NCBI GenBank assembly: GCA_051294905.1
Contig: CM119383.1
Span: forward strand, 17,794,001-17,858,000
DNA from: Botryllus schlosseri
Lineage: Eukaryota
Direction: 5' to 3'
DNA length: 64,000 nucleotides
Below the pieces are notes generated by a model that saw nothing but the letters and a program-made list of their open reading frames with translations, searched no databases and was not told the DNA's origin. Positions 10,676 through 25,600 of the stretch are shown here, in pieces. Position 1 is the first letter of the stretch. Each line of letters starts with the position of its first letter. Made by a program: the position numbers and the translations under genes.

Positions 10676-13600
10676 CTGCAATAAGAAAATTGATTGTGTT
10701 GAAAATAAATAAAAAATAATATTCACAATCGGGATTAGTGAATATCACTGCTACGGCTAGGCAACATGGAGTAGCTGACTTATTAGATTTCAAGTATTAA
10801 GATTCAAGTCAACTCAAGTGTTCAAGTAATGTCACATTATCATGTCATATATTGTAAGACAGTTTAAATATGCAGGCAATCTTTCATGGAAGACCAATGT
10901 AATATGAAAATATAGTGTTTGGCCAGACTAAGAAAATGCAAGTTCATTATGATGATAGCTTATTTTGTTTTTCATAAACATAACCATGATACAGCCCTTT
11001 GTGACAATGCCGGCCGTCGATTAATACACAGATGACATTTTGTCACACATGTGTGGTTTCCTGTTGCGTGTTTAAAGCTTCCCACGTAGGGAAGAAGGCA
11101 TCGAAACGATGCTTGTCGTTGATGAATCAAGTTACGTTAGTTGCGAGGTTAACAAATTTCGGTACTCAAAAAAATCGACTATTTCACTTTAAACATTGCA
11201 AGTAATACTCGATTCAGAGTATTTTCTTTTTTGTACCAGAGTGTGCTTACTTTTAGAATCCAATCAGTAAATTTACCGATCTGCTCCGTACTACCATAAA
11301 TAACCTTGTGCACGGGAAAAATATGGAGATTTTATAATTGAGAACGAAGAAACGTGCCTTGTCATTGTCACTGATATTGCATACAGCTTGCATGGCGATT
11401 AAGTAATTCTGATGGGCATGCGTGGTCCTGCGAGATATATCACTGATATGTTTTTTGTCTCCCATTTTTTCCAAAAACTAAGTAACCTGAACAATATTCG
11501 CTGCCGCATCAATGTTCTTCATTCGAAGAAGTCATTAAATCACAAGTCATAAGGCACATCGCGAATGACGTCAAGAAATACCCGAATACATGAAGCATTT
11601 AAGTGGAGTCCTGTTACGCAATTGACATCAAAATGTATGATCAATTGATCATAATAACAAGTGATGCTATTGAGACATTAAAATACAATTGTTGAAGTAG
11701 TGAAATGGCAAATTCGCACCTTTACACACTGCAAAAGCGCACACAGATCGCAACAGAGCATTGTGCTATAAGAAGTTGGATATATACATGAATGAGCACA
11801 CACATAGCAGACCAGTGTCAATGTGGCCTATTAAAAAATTCCAGTGTGTTTGCCAGGGCAGTTCAACATCAAGATTGCAGTCTGAGAGAGCACCTTGAAA
11901 TTTCCACTGTTCCGGCACTTTGCACTGATAAATATTTCATTTCCGTGCGCACATCACACACACGAATGCACAGCGTCTGGTACTCAAACGCCACTAATCT
12001 AATGAGCTTTCCGTGACGCAGTGTGGCGTGAATAGTGAACAAGACTGTCCGCATAACGTAAATTGGTTTGAAACAGACCGAAATATCATTGTGTCCAAGC
12101 ATGTACTGAATAATCAACGTCAACTGCAATATCATGGGAGGATACATATTGCAACAGAACGGGATGCTGCAATGTCAACGTGTCATGACAAACAGATTGT
12201 GCAACATAATTCCATAGACTGGTAATTTCCACCTGCTGTAAAGGAAAACTATGTTACCAATGACTCGCTGTAAGTGGAGCTTGATTTTCAAGCTGCGAAT
12301 CGTAAAAAAAAGTCTGAGTTTACGTAACGGGTGCGTATCCAATTCCCAAAAGTACACGGTCCACAGATAATTACATCAGTATCGATCCCACAAGCGAAAC
12401 TAACATTGACATCACCCTTAACGCAACGCCGATCCGCCATACATTATTCAACCGTCGCGCAGAGATTTCCAGCAACCACACGCGGTCCAGACAAGACGAT
12501 GGCTTACCTGTAAGCACGTGACATTGGCGCAAAAGAACGGCGCAAACTTTCCGCCACACCGTCCGCCCATGCATTCGTCGCACATCTGATCATCGAGGAC
12601 GTAAGGCTTGACTTCGACCTGTTGAATACAGAGGCATGCTTAATGTCAGCACAATGGGAATCTTCTAGAGCAGTGGTTCTCAACCGGGGGTCCGCGGACC
12701 CCTGGGGGTCCGTGAAGCATTTTCAGGGGGTCCGCGAAGCCTTTAAGTTTGCAACATGATTGATTACCTAATTTTTTAAGCTACGAAGTTCATGAGGCAG
12801 ATTGGCTTCGTAACTGCTAAACCTTGAGGACTTACATAAACAGAATGGTCGTCTGAAATGAAATATCCACGCTAGTGGTTCTTAACCGGGGGTCCACGAG
12901 GCCTCTAAATTTGCAAAATGACTTATTACCAATTTGTAACTTTTTTAAAATTAGGGAAATGACGAGACAGTTTCGCTTCAAAACTACTAAGGCTTCAGGA
13001 GTCACATCAATAGAATGACACTATATGATATGAATTATCCGACCATGCAAACTAACTTTTATTACCAATAGCATAGGCCTACTTATACAAGCATATTGTA
13101 GTTTAGAGATGTTTTGTTTAGGTTTGGTGAAAATTATTTTTTACTAAAAAGGGGTTAAATCCACATCATGGAATCCATTTTCTCCTATGTTATAGCCTAC
13201 ATATGTGGCAGTCCTGCTCTGCAATACTGCCCTTTATATCAGTTGTATATTAATTGCGTCGTGGTTTCACTTGCTCTTTTGTATCCAGCCGCTTCGGCGG
13301 TAGGACACTTGATAAAGTCTCTCCAGCAGTTGCTGAATCGTGTGTGATTAACTCAGGTATTTTACACATATAACCACTATATATTACAGAATATCTTGAA
13401 GATGAGCTGCAGACAGAAACGACTAGTCTGGACGTGATAATTTCATTGAAATCTATTTCTCAATTTGGGTGTCAAATAATATGTTTCGATGACACACGAA
13501 GGTGTCGTCGGAAGAGTCAGGTGGCAATGTTACATTCGCCTCCACCTTTGCCATTTTGGAAATGGATTTTCGGAACTTGTTCATATCACATCGAAATGCG

Positions 13601-16600
13601 TGAATTTTCAAGACACGACGACATAATTTAAGAAATGCAGCTGCAGAATACACTTCGGAATAATAAAATTCCGGCCAATTCGTACATATAGTATGATTTT
13701 ATTGTCAGGAACGGTCATTATGTGGCTGTTTATCACAAGCCTATAGTTGATATATGCAAATGACAGATGCCGGTGGCAAGACAATTTGGCTAAATTTGAA
13801 CTAAAACTTGAGGGGGTCCGCGGGGTCCGTGACGGTTCAAAAGGGGTCCGCGAAGACAAAAAGGTTGAGAACCACTGTTCTAGAGTAAAAAAATAATTGT
13901 AGCTACTAGCTAATCAAGTAGCACTAGCTGTACCACTATAAATTTTTTACTCAGTTACAAGTAATTGCACTCGTAATTTCCAAGACATTTCATACTACTT
14001 TACACAGGAGTGTAAAATGAAGATTTCAGAAGTCCTCAGGTAATAGGGTTACCATAATTACTCTCTTACGAGGATTTGGCCTCTTTTTTCAATAAATTAA
14101 AGTATCCTAGGAGGACGCCTAAATGTCCTCTTTTTCTATAAAAAGGATTGAAACGCGACCAAAAACGTCATAGTTTCGGTTTAATCACAAGGTGAGTCAA
14201 AGCGATGACCTTTTTCAAGTCAACTCAGTACTATCGGTCAAATTTTTTTTCAAAATCACCCCTTTTTTTTGTCAGTGCTGACGCCTCAAGGATTTTTTGA
14301 AGTGTCCTCTTTTTAGGACCTCAAAATACGGTAACCCTATCAAGCGGTATCAAAAATTGATTATGTCGAAGGTGGTTACTCGCAAAATTACGAAAATATA
14401 TTCAGCTGCCGCGATCCAGGAGCTATTCCACCCAGACGGTATGACAATTTCACTGGTAATAACGTGATGGAAACGTCCTAAAACTACTGTCAAATTCATC
14501 TACTAAAAATTCTGAAGTCCAGTCTTAGTTTTTAAACTGTAAAACTTCAAGTAGAATGAAATGGTTTTGCCAAAACAAAATAACCATACGTAGACAAAAA
14601 CATAATGCTTGAGCTAGTAGCATAAGTCTTGCAAACTAATCCTACAAACACTTACAACTATTGTGTCAGGCATTGGTAGGCAATGGGTTTAACTGTTATA
14701 TAAAGCCTAAACCAAAACAGGGCTGTGCCTGACTCATCTGCTAACGAGTCATATTTAGCAGTTATAAGATTTTAAAATTTTAAATTGGTATATTTGTGAC
14801 ACACATAGAAGGTACAATATTTTAAAAATAATTTCAAAACCCTCAAGTGTGACATATCATATAGCTCCGTGATTTTCAATCACCAATTCAAGAAAACATG
14901 GGTAGACCTGTGACACACACTTTTGGCTGTCACGATACAACCTACTCTAGTTTTAAGTAAGTGGCAGTGCCGGAACCAAAATTCTCGTTAATTTCATTTT
15001 ATTCGCCGCCAATGACTCCAGCTACAAGTCTCCGATCATGGACGCAACTAAAATTCTTGGTATTCTTCAAACCAAACTAGCTTCCTAAGCAGCAAAGCTG
15101 GCAAAACAGTCATTCATTGGTCTTTGCTGTCATTGAAGTTGATTTTCTCCTATGGAAGAATGGATTTACTACAAATGGACTTAAATTACACCTAAAACCA
15201 TCCTGGTCGACATTGTAACTTGACGCAGATACCGGCCTAGTCATTTCACCAGTAATCTCAAAACTGAACTGAAAACCCACACCGATCATATTCCATGATG
15301 CGATATAGATACAGGAAAGCATTTGCATTCATGTTTGCATCATTTTATGACCAAAATTGTCATGCCAATGGAGCGAAATAACCTTTGTGTCACGATGAGT
15401 GTGTATAAGTTAGAAAGTGACATCAATCTGTAGTGCAATTAGTCACACCGCAATTCCGATAAAAGCCACCTCCGATCAACTGTTAAAAGCATGAGAACCC
15501 TAGACCAAATCTACTTTCGCAAACTACGAAGTTGAGTGCTTCTCAGAGGTTCATTCTCTAGTTCCGTTAGTAATGTTAACAAGTCTTGGTAAACGGTGCT
15601 TTTACTTGGAATGAGGTAGAAATTCACGAGACTTCACCTTCTACTTGAGTACCAGAGATGGCTATCTTGATTACATCTGTGTGCAGCACAAGACAACATT
15701 CAGATGACTTACTCTCTTGTCAATCTCCCCGTGCTGAAGTTGAACAAATCTGGCGCTGATCGCAGCGATGTAGCTCTGCTGGTCGGCAAAGGCGACACGT
15801 CCTGCACCTTTGGGATACTTCAACTCTGGATCGACGTCGATGCCCGCGTAGCACACATGGCCGTACAATCGATCCATGATCATAGCCAGTTCCACTAAAC
15901 ATGAGTGTAAGCGTGTAGAAAAATGTAACACACTGTTTGGCGGGTGTACAAGCGATAAAACTGACGAGATATTTCTAGTATGTTGTGTGCACTTCAAGTG
16001 ACATATTGCATCTCGACATTTGCCTGGTCAATCATTTGCAATTATTTCGATCTATATTTGATGCCCCACAAAATTTTAGAATACTATAGGAACAATGTAA
16101 AACCTCACCAACGAAAGAAAAAGTAAAAAACTACCCAGTATGGTAGGTGTTTGATGGGATGGGTGCACTTCTCTTGCTGAAATGAAGTCATCAATGTTTG
16201 ATTTGGTTTTGGATTGCACAACTTCCATATTGTGTACTGCATACGCTCGGTTTCGGTCAATGTTTTTCATATAGATTGCATTCTCATTGTGTAGCGGATC
16301 CTATCATACGGACCTCAATTTGGGAACCTCTGGTCTATCTGAGAGGGTAAAGAATTGACAGGGCGCCACCAAGCCAAAACTTGAATAACAGTGCACAAGC
16401 ATCATATGTGACGGACGATGCACAATATGTAAAACCTGAGCGACTAAATTACAGCCTTGCAAGCTTAGTCGCTTTCCAAATGACACCACAACCAATATGG
16501 ATTTCATATTTAATTACGTAGATAATATCACAAAATTACACTGGAATCATTCGAGGACCGCAGCAGACGTCTTTCAGCTCCTTTTGCGGGTCGCATATCT

Positions 16601-19600
16601 TATCTGCCGACATGGTGCACTGGATAAACAGACATGCCGTCAGTATTAGTGTGGGTTGAATTCCTTCTGGCGCGTGAGAGACCCAGCTGCCAGGCTCACT
16701 AGGAACCCACGTACCGCAGACACTTCACATAAGTCATCAAGCTAGCGACGCGCGTTTGCCATTAAAAATTAGTATAACGAGTATAATTGCTAGCAGGACT
16801 ACCCAGAATTTTTTAGTTTATAATTTGTTCCGGATTCCGAGGGGGAAGTCATTGGTCAGCAAAAATTTCGGAAATTATAATGGTCTTAAATACCGTTGCG
16901 ATGAGATAAAGATATTTGAAATAAGAATACATCGATTACAAGACTATGATACCTTGTTATATTTTCAGCGTTTTATACTGGGAAAGATGGAAATGTATGT
17001 GATCTACACAAATGTGACAACACCCCGGTGCTAAAAACATCTATAGAAGCCTGTGGTTTGCGACATGGAAGTCGCAGACCATTTTTTAGGCCACTAGTAA
17101 ATCTGGGCGACGGTGCTGACCAATTTTAGTAATCAGCTCACTAAATTAAGGGTCGGAAATTGGGTCACGGCCGCGAAAAGGTTGGGAACCGCTGATATGA
17201 GCATTTCGGAAATGATCCGTTTATTCGAATATAATACCTGCTCGCAATGGACGAGGCACGCCACCCACAAATATTGTTTTTCGGGGGTCCAAAGTCTCCG
17301 AATCGTCCATAACAAAGTCGCTGTCGCTCAGACTCCACGGTCGAATCTGCACCTATAAATAGAACACGAAGCGTCAGGACTGCGCATTGCACTGCATGTA
17401 CCAGTTTTCCTTTTTCGCATTCGAAAAACGAGCGGCCTGCCCCAACAGCTGTGCGCGCGCATGCATAATTTATGCGGAATTCCTACAGTGGGATTTCGTC
17501 AACGTGCCGATGTCGTGGAAAAAACGGCGACGTTACAAAAATGTGATTGAAAACGCCAGACAATAATCGACGAAATCGGCCAAATTGCATTACGAAAAAT
17601 ATACGAAATCGCAAAATCACCAGCTTCAAATACGCGTTGACTGATGCGTTGACGTCAGGGGAGTAAGCAGACTGTATGTCGAACAAAAACTTAAGATGCA
17701 TGACATTAGCATGTTATTGAATAATATATTTATATTGAAGCAAACCGAATATTTCTGGCTGGCACTCGTTGGGCTAATCGTCAGCAGCTAGTACAGTATT
17801 CAACAGTCAATTTTATCACAATCCCCCCAGCCTAGTGTGTGCCAACAGACAGTATTTGTGTGCAACCTAAAAATAGTATACCATAGTACATCGAGCTTAA
17901 GTCATCTGTTCACCTCAATTATTGGAAATTGTACGCCTTGTGACGTCATATTTGGTGATAAGACTGTTGTTACAGAGAGCTCTTTTGAAGCCAGTACTGG
18001 CTGTTCATGATTACCCCTGATGATTGTGTCAGCCGACAATATTCGTTTTTCTTTCGATAAGAATGTTTATTCATATGTATAGTACCTCCAAGATTCCCTT
18101 CACACATTAGTATCGAAAATGTGCCACAAAAACTAAATATTGGCCAAAAAATCTTAGTTGCATAGGAGCCTATACGAGTACAGCAATAATTACCTTTTCG
18201 ACGCTAACACTGCCCAACTTACCGGTTTTTCTTTGATAGTCGGGCTGGACACGCACAAGTATAACTTGTTGTCTTCCTTGATGCAGCAGTTGATGAGATT
18301 TTGGACAGATACTTCACTTTGGAAAAGTAAGAACGCGTACCCTGAAAAAAACACCTTTGGTTAGCAAGTCACACTTGATCTGTGATGCAAAAACACGATT
18401 CTTGTAGATCTGGAGTAGCTTCCGCTACACACCTAGCAATCTGCTAACAGTGCATTCACACTGTGCACGGCCGGTAGGCACTTGTGAATTATTCACTACC
18501 CAGTTGAATCGCCTGTGCACCAACGTTGCACGATGAAAGACAAGGCTTTATCGATTAAAAGTCATGGAAATTGAGCAAGGTTCAAAAACCTGTTGTTTTA
18601 GTTGGTAAGACTTCATTGAAGGTTGTGTTGTGCTGAAGCAAGTGCCACTAGTTTCATAGTTCTATGAAATTTTTCACCTGGATTCTTGTGCAGTTTTAAA
18701 ACCATCACGTTTTTACAAAGTTGACACGATAACACACTCTCACGGATATCACGTCAATGGGAATATGACATGGGACTTCAGCCAATTAGACTCTACGACA
18801 AAAAATGAGCTGACGAGTGAAGACTTCTACAATTTTCAAGTTTCCAAAAATTTTACTTGCCCCGTCACACTTGTATACCATGTGTGCGCGATATTTAGGA
18901 CCTAACTTTTGCAGTCAATTCCATCACAGTATTCGCAGAGTTATTGGTTACAGATTCCTAACCACCATGATAAAGCTGGAGTACCGTAGACCACACGGAA
19001 CAGACAAATCCATATTGCGGGATACTACACTATGAATAGCATGTACATTGTACAATTGTACATTGTACATAAGTTATTCCTAGACAAGCTAACTACTTCG
19101 GGTTAATAGAGTGCTATACAAACCAATCATTTGAGTATACTTCAAATCGCGCAATTAAAGACAGATCATAAAGTAGAGAATCCAGCGCCGCGCTTCCAAG
19201 TCATTGTAAGCAAAATGCATTTAGAAAATTGGTGCTAATCGATACGCACCAAACAGCCATCAAGAAATTGGATTTTTCAGAGTCAATTGCTTTGGGAAGT
19301 ATGACTTAAGTTTTCAGGTTTCCTGCTGTTCCTAGATAGGAGGGTAATGCCTCGGGGTACACATGGCTCCTGAAGTCAATTAACCACAGTAATAAGCTAA
19401 GCTAGGATTTGCATTATTGGAGGTTGCGACGGGGATGATCAGGATTCAGGTATATGCTCAAACACAAATAATGCTGCATGAGACTTCACGATTGCTAAGT
19501 AAGCATGGTCATCAGACCTACACTGAATGTTAAGCTTACATAGGCAATATCACTCAGAATGCATATAGGACATGGTGTCTCAATTAATGCATATACCACT

Positions 19601-22600
19601 AAAAACAATATTTCATTGCATAACATGAGCGAGTTTGCAGCGAGTTTACTTGCATCATGAAAACTTATTTCCTCCATAGAGACAGTAACCATCGCTTCAT
19701 ACAAACTACATCACTTGAAAGAGGGATATTACAGCTGCAAGCACCTATTTTAAGCTTCCAAGTGTGCTTGGGAGCAGAGCACAGCATTTTTACAAGTGTC
19801 ATCAGTGTCTCCATGAGAGTTTGAAGGACCGTGAAAGGCATACAAACAGCTCCATTTAAACTTTGTATCAACACAGATGAAACATATCCAACATAACTTA
19901 TGGTGGTTTCTATCGATGCCGTGGTTTACAACATGTTTGACAGGCAGCCAGTGGCATACTTGTCAGGCGGTACAACTATGTGACAAGAGCTTGAGGTTAG
20001 CAACCTTACATATCGTTCGGCATATCCTATATGAGAGGGTGTTAGCATAGTGAATTTAGATCATATGCGCAAATACACCTGACACTGATTATGTATTACA
20101 AAGGCTCGGTAGTTGGCAAACACTTTTCAATAGGAGAAATATAGTATGGTATCGTGTTTGCAAAGCATTTAACAATTCATTAGATAATTTTGACTGTAAC
20201 TTCACACCATTTGTGGCCATATTTCCATGGCTACAATTTTACAAAATCTACTCTCTCAAACTATTCTTTAGGCGCAACTTACATGGTGACGGAACTCATT
20301 TTCCTATGCAACAGAAATTCTTGATATAAATAGACTATTGCGTACCTGTACCCGTTTCTGCTCTTACAAGGAGAAATTTGATGCATACAACAGGCCTACC
20401 CTACATGTCAATATCATTATACTAATAATAACAATATGGCATATACATTTACGACACTAGGAGAGCCATTGCACATCCATTTCGATTTTATAAGTCGCAA
20501 ATACACCAACGATGAATAGATGCCTGTGTAAGACGGACTATGAGCTTCAGGTATGTCAGAAAATTGATAACAAAGGTATCATTGTCGAGCAAGCCCCATC
20601 ATCACTTTATAATTATGATGACCATTAGGTCGATCTGCAATATGGTAACGTTTCAAATTCATTATTTCTGTAAGATGATATCAATTTATCGCATAAATTC
20701 ACACATAGTGATAGCAGGTGGGAAATACGTATATGTGACAAATTGTTCAAGAGCCAATGACTGCGTTGCATCAAAGCAAACAGGCATTTGGGATAGAACA
20801 TATGCCGTTTCTTGACTGAACAGTATGATATCTTGTCATTGGCATTTTCTAAATCCACATAATACTGATATTCTTTTTTGGATGACTGAATTTAACTGCA
20901 GCCAAGGTGAAGCATTTATGGCCAGATCAAAGGATTTTCTGTTTCGTTAAAATTTAAATGACATAACCTTATTATTGCGGAAATTCCGAAGCCTTCAAAC
21001 GAAGTCAGTACAATGAGGGGATTTCACAGCCCCATAGACAAGCACTATGTCACTTGATCAACTTGATATTTGATGATTTATCATGAGTCAATGCTTAATA
21101 TATGCTATCAAGACAGCCTCGGAAATGCGCTGTGACTAAATTCTGCGAATTTGCTGTGAATAGCAATTTTATGCCATAAGGTGCAGTGTAAATGAATATC
21201 CTGTGCTTGCTCCACATTGTTCCAGTGCACAAGCCTACAATCAATAGGCTACCCACGAGTCCACGACCATTACACTATAATTCGAATAAAATTAATATTG
21301 TAGCTTTGCCATACTGTGATGTGTAAGAAATTTGATTATATCCATTAGGCTTCCAACCAATAAGAACGATCGGATGTATATTTGGCTTCCTATGAGGAGG
21401 CAATTACTGCGAATTCTCTGAGATAATTGAGTAATCGTGTATAGTGAGAAACTTGGTTTGCAAATGTTTGAAATTGCCTGGCATATTATACCGCAGATAC
21501 TATGCAAGCTGGGAAGAAGGAATCAAAAGCTGGCTTTCTATAACACAAGGTAAATTATGGTCTGCCAGATTTATATAATATAAACACATGGGAAAAACAA
21601 CCTCCTATATTAACAGCCTGTGATACGAGATACAAATGAATCTGTGCGTTTGATAATATGACTTTATTTACAGGGTATACATTATGGCGAAACACCCACT
21701 TATCACAATATGAACAGTGATTAAAGCTGCTAAAAGCTTCGACTGGATTGATCCATTCATAACCATGTCCAAATCTACGTTTCAATGCTACATTCACACA
21801 AAGTCAATGTTCAGCCATCTAATTTCACAAGGAGAACTGTGCACGTGTAAAGCAGAGTTGAGCATTTCCCTACTGAAATTTAAGTATCACCTTAACACCA
21901 TCTATTATTCATTCACGGGTCACTGCATATCAGCTCCGACACCACAAAAACTTTCGATTCATATTCACTGACCGTATGTGATATCCCAAAATGCATGGAC
22001 ATTGGTACCAGACATTATGTCTGAAGCTGTTAGCAGTTCTAGACATTGAGATGGATGGAATTTTGACAGGGCTACAATGCCATATTATAAGCTGCACTGA
22101 AAACACCACTAGACGGTGATATTAGATGTGAAATGAGCAAATTCCTAAATGCTGCATGCCTGCATCTATTTTGACCATTACGCTATTCAGCCACCAGCAC
22201 CCATGACATATATTTAGTGTACCAGTAACTTCAGAAACACAAAAATCGAATAGCAAACGACAAAATAATACAGACCAAGGAACAGGGGGTTTCAAAAGCT
22301 GCCTAGCATACCCATTGCATTGCATAATTTGGGACGTCTGGTGCATTAGACGTATGCCCAAAATGCATCAATGCTCATTGTTCAATAAGGCATTGAAATG
22401 CATAACACAACAGAACACAGATTTCCACCAATATGGTTGGTGATTGAGTACCGAATCTTGAGCAGCGAGACGAAGTATTTGTCTGCTAAACAAGACATCG
22501 ATTTGCATGCAGCTTTGCGTTAGCTACGCTGATAGACCCTATCAATTACAGTATCACGAAATCGAAACCAAACACTTCCTTGTGCCATACCAAGCACACC

Positions 22601-25600
22601 TCCGTAAAATACAGCACACCAACAACACGTTATGCTCTATGTTCAGTTGTTCACCTTTGGGTGGGAAGTACGACTTGCTTTCAGCTTTATGTGGCCAGTC
22701 CACTACCAATGGTCCGAAATGACGGAAGCTTGCTTGAATTTCCTCTGCAAAATACACAATTGCCCCATTGTTAGAAGTCGCAGCTTCAACTTCATGTATG
22801 AGAAGCTGGGGGCACGGTGGTCTCCGGCCAAATGAAGAGACTTACGCTTTACAGGAAATACAGTGCTACATTGTTACACGGAATCTACCAGTTCAAGAAG
22901 GCCGGTCAATTGTAATGGGTCAAAGTTCAACCGTAACTTCCAACCTGTTGGGTATTTGATCAAGAGATATCATGGTCGAATGACTAGAGGTTGATGAGCT
23001 GATGAGCATACAAAAGATCGGTGATAGTTCACACAAGTGCTGTAAGAACTATTCTAAATATTTGCCTTCGAAGAGAAGAAATACATACCAGGACTGCAAT
23101 AAAAAAATAGGCATGGTCATTATTTCGAGTAAATAGTTACCGAGATCATTCAAACACGGGAAGAGCAAAAAAGACACGTCTAGACTTCTTTATAAAATGC
23201 TGAGGCCTAGTTCTTTAAGACAGGCTTGGAATCTGCGACGGGTATAATGTTTATTCTTCAACATTAAAATGCCAAAGGTCGCGAAGCCTTTAAAAATGAG
23301 TAAATAATAGTACAGCTATATTTCAACTAGCATAATCATATAGAAACACAAGCCAAAATCCCTCTATTTGACGTATGAACTTTCAGATTTAACAGTAGCT
23401 TCAAACAATGAGTGAGCATTTATTAATATTCAACATAAGATTTCATCAAGCTAGAATCTAAATTTCGTCGCAGTGGAATCAGAGTATCTTGTATTTTTTT
23501 TTAAAAACTTGGTAAATGTGTTTTTGTGAGATTTTCATTTTCTTCGGCCACATCACGGCCATGGTGTCACATCATCACACTTCGGCGATTTGATCATAAC
23601 TCCGCAATTGCCGGTGACATTAAAATATTTCGGTAGAAATTCGGTAGGATTGCATCACACAATAGTTTACTTCCGCGTACCTTCATCAATGTCCGGCGGT
23701 AGGCCACCTACAAACACTTTTCGCGAGTAGCGTTCCCTTTGGAAGTCGGACAGGAGAGGAGAGATACGGTTCAAATTTGGGGCTATAGGATCGTACACTC
23801 CCAAATGAGACATCTGTCCATCTTCAAACAGGGGGTCTCCGCCCAATTCATTCCACTTTCCTGCAAAATATATTATATGATTAAATATACAATACACCAC
23901 ACAAACATGAAATCAACAATGATGAAATTCTGAGTAAAGATACCATCAAATTCAAAAGGGAGGAATCAAATCAATTATTCAGCAGCCTTCAATGCAACGG
24001 CATTGTCAAGATAAGGAACAAAGTATTCTGATTTCAACGGACAATGATAGAGCATGCTTGGGCTTCATCAAGTTGTTTGGGGTTGCCACAGAGTATAAGT
24101 GTAAGTGCCTATTTAAGCAGGCTTGGTAGCTGGTACTGTCACTGGTACAGATCAGCAGGGGCTGGATTCTGCAGTAAGACAGCATCGATCAAATCTGCGA
24201 TATGTTGCCCGCAAGACAAACAATGTTAACACCCAGTTACTGTTTTAGAGGAAAATTAAAAATGATACATCCTGAAATGGCGAGATTGTTATCAAAAATA
24301 TTTACAGTTGCGATCCGCTTTCCGATTTCAAAATATCTCATGGTCCACCAATCAAATTTCTGCTCGAACCATACAAAGCAAAGATGTATGTTGTTGTGAA
24401 ATAACAGTGACAATTATACAACATATGAGTGTTATGACCGGTGGGATATTTCATTACTGTTGTGATTCTGGTTATTGTAAACGAATTACGGAACCTCTTC
24501 GATACAAAAACCGTATCCTGAAGATGCTCCAAAGAACCAGCGAGTAATGGCGTTTCTCGTGTCTCTTAGTTGAGGCTTCTGATGACTAGGTTTAGTCCTT
24601 CCGTGTGTGCGTAATGATTATTTTAAAAATAGCTCGGCAGCTCTCCTAAAAAACCCTCCAATAGTCCTACAATGGGCCTTGGCCCACTGGTTGAGAACTC
24701 CCTGCCTAAGCTCAAATAGCAACATTAATTGTAAATTTGGGCATACCATAACAAGATTAATGTGAAGTTTCATGCATAGAATGAGATAAACCCCATATGA
24801 TAAGCTATCCGGTTAGGAACTACAATGGTTTGATGATTCGCAAAACAGGATCACACACATCCTTTTCAAGAACATTGAGCAGGATGCCCATTTCCAGATG
24901 CACCAATAGATTAAAATTAAAATGACACAACCATATCAAATTTGATCAACCATATGTCCATCTATGCTAAATCCAATCAAAATGAAGTGCCCCAAGTCCA
25001 ACAGCATATTCAGGAATGCCGTATCTAGAATTTTTCAATTAGTACGCATTAACAATACCCAGTTGACAGACATTGCGAGGAGTTAGAAATGACGTAGATC
25101 ATACTAATTATCTGATATGTATTTCCTTAATAACCGCAAGCTTATTTTTACTAACATTATCAGTTCCACTTCGAAATATTATCGCCAATACAGCAACAAA
25201 CGCCTGGCCTCAATATCCAATATCTCTATCAAAGCAGGCTAATGCAAGAAAATTGAGACCGACAGAGGAAATGGCAGAGGAACTCAATCATCACCGTGAA
25301 ATGAAATATCAAGCCATCATACGACATTCCCAATCAATAACCGACACCAACGCATTCAAAAGGCAGAGCTGATGAATTTCGCGCCGCGCCACTTCATGTA
25401 TTGGGACCCTTGCTTTGATAACAAAATACGCGCTGAAGTTACAAACAGTGGTAGACAAGCATGGGCGCCGCGCCGCACCACAAAATATCGGAGATAAGAT
25501 TCAAGATTATGCAGTATGCTACAATTGCTACAAGATTTCATCAATCGCGAACACAGAAACATTTAATATTAAATCTTTTCCGATTTCACGCTATATCGTA

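Noticed and set aside
15110-15328. 72-aa minus-strand ORF as an alternative last exon giving a ZZ-less CPEB
   Set aside because: No sequence resemblance to CPEB isoforms, no clear poly(A) signal seen, and a cassette reading is not frame-preserving
21139-21156. AATTCTGCGAATTTGCTG resembles the P4/J4-2/P2 end of the mammalian CPEB3 HDV-like ribozyme and lies in a CPEB intron
   Set aside because: It is antisense to the gene, and no P1, P3/L3 (UUCACGU) or adjacent P2 5' strand can be built upstream. Other TTCACGT/TCCTCG hits (1494, 25721, 37281, 45501) also fail to close the pseudoknot. An Infernal/RNArobo scan would be decisive
21984-21995. TCCCAAAATGCA resembles the ZNF143/Staf binding core inside the neighbouring CPEB gene
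   Set aside because: Core only, lacks the ACTACA flank and lies in CpG-depleted intron rather than a promoter
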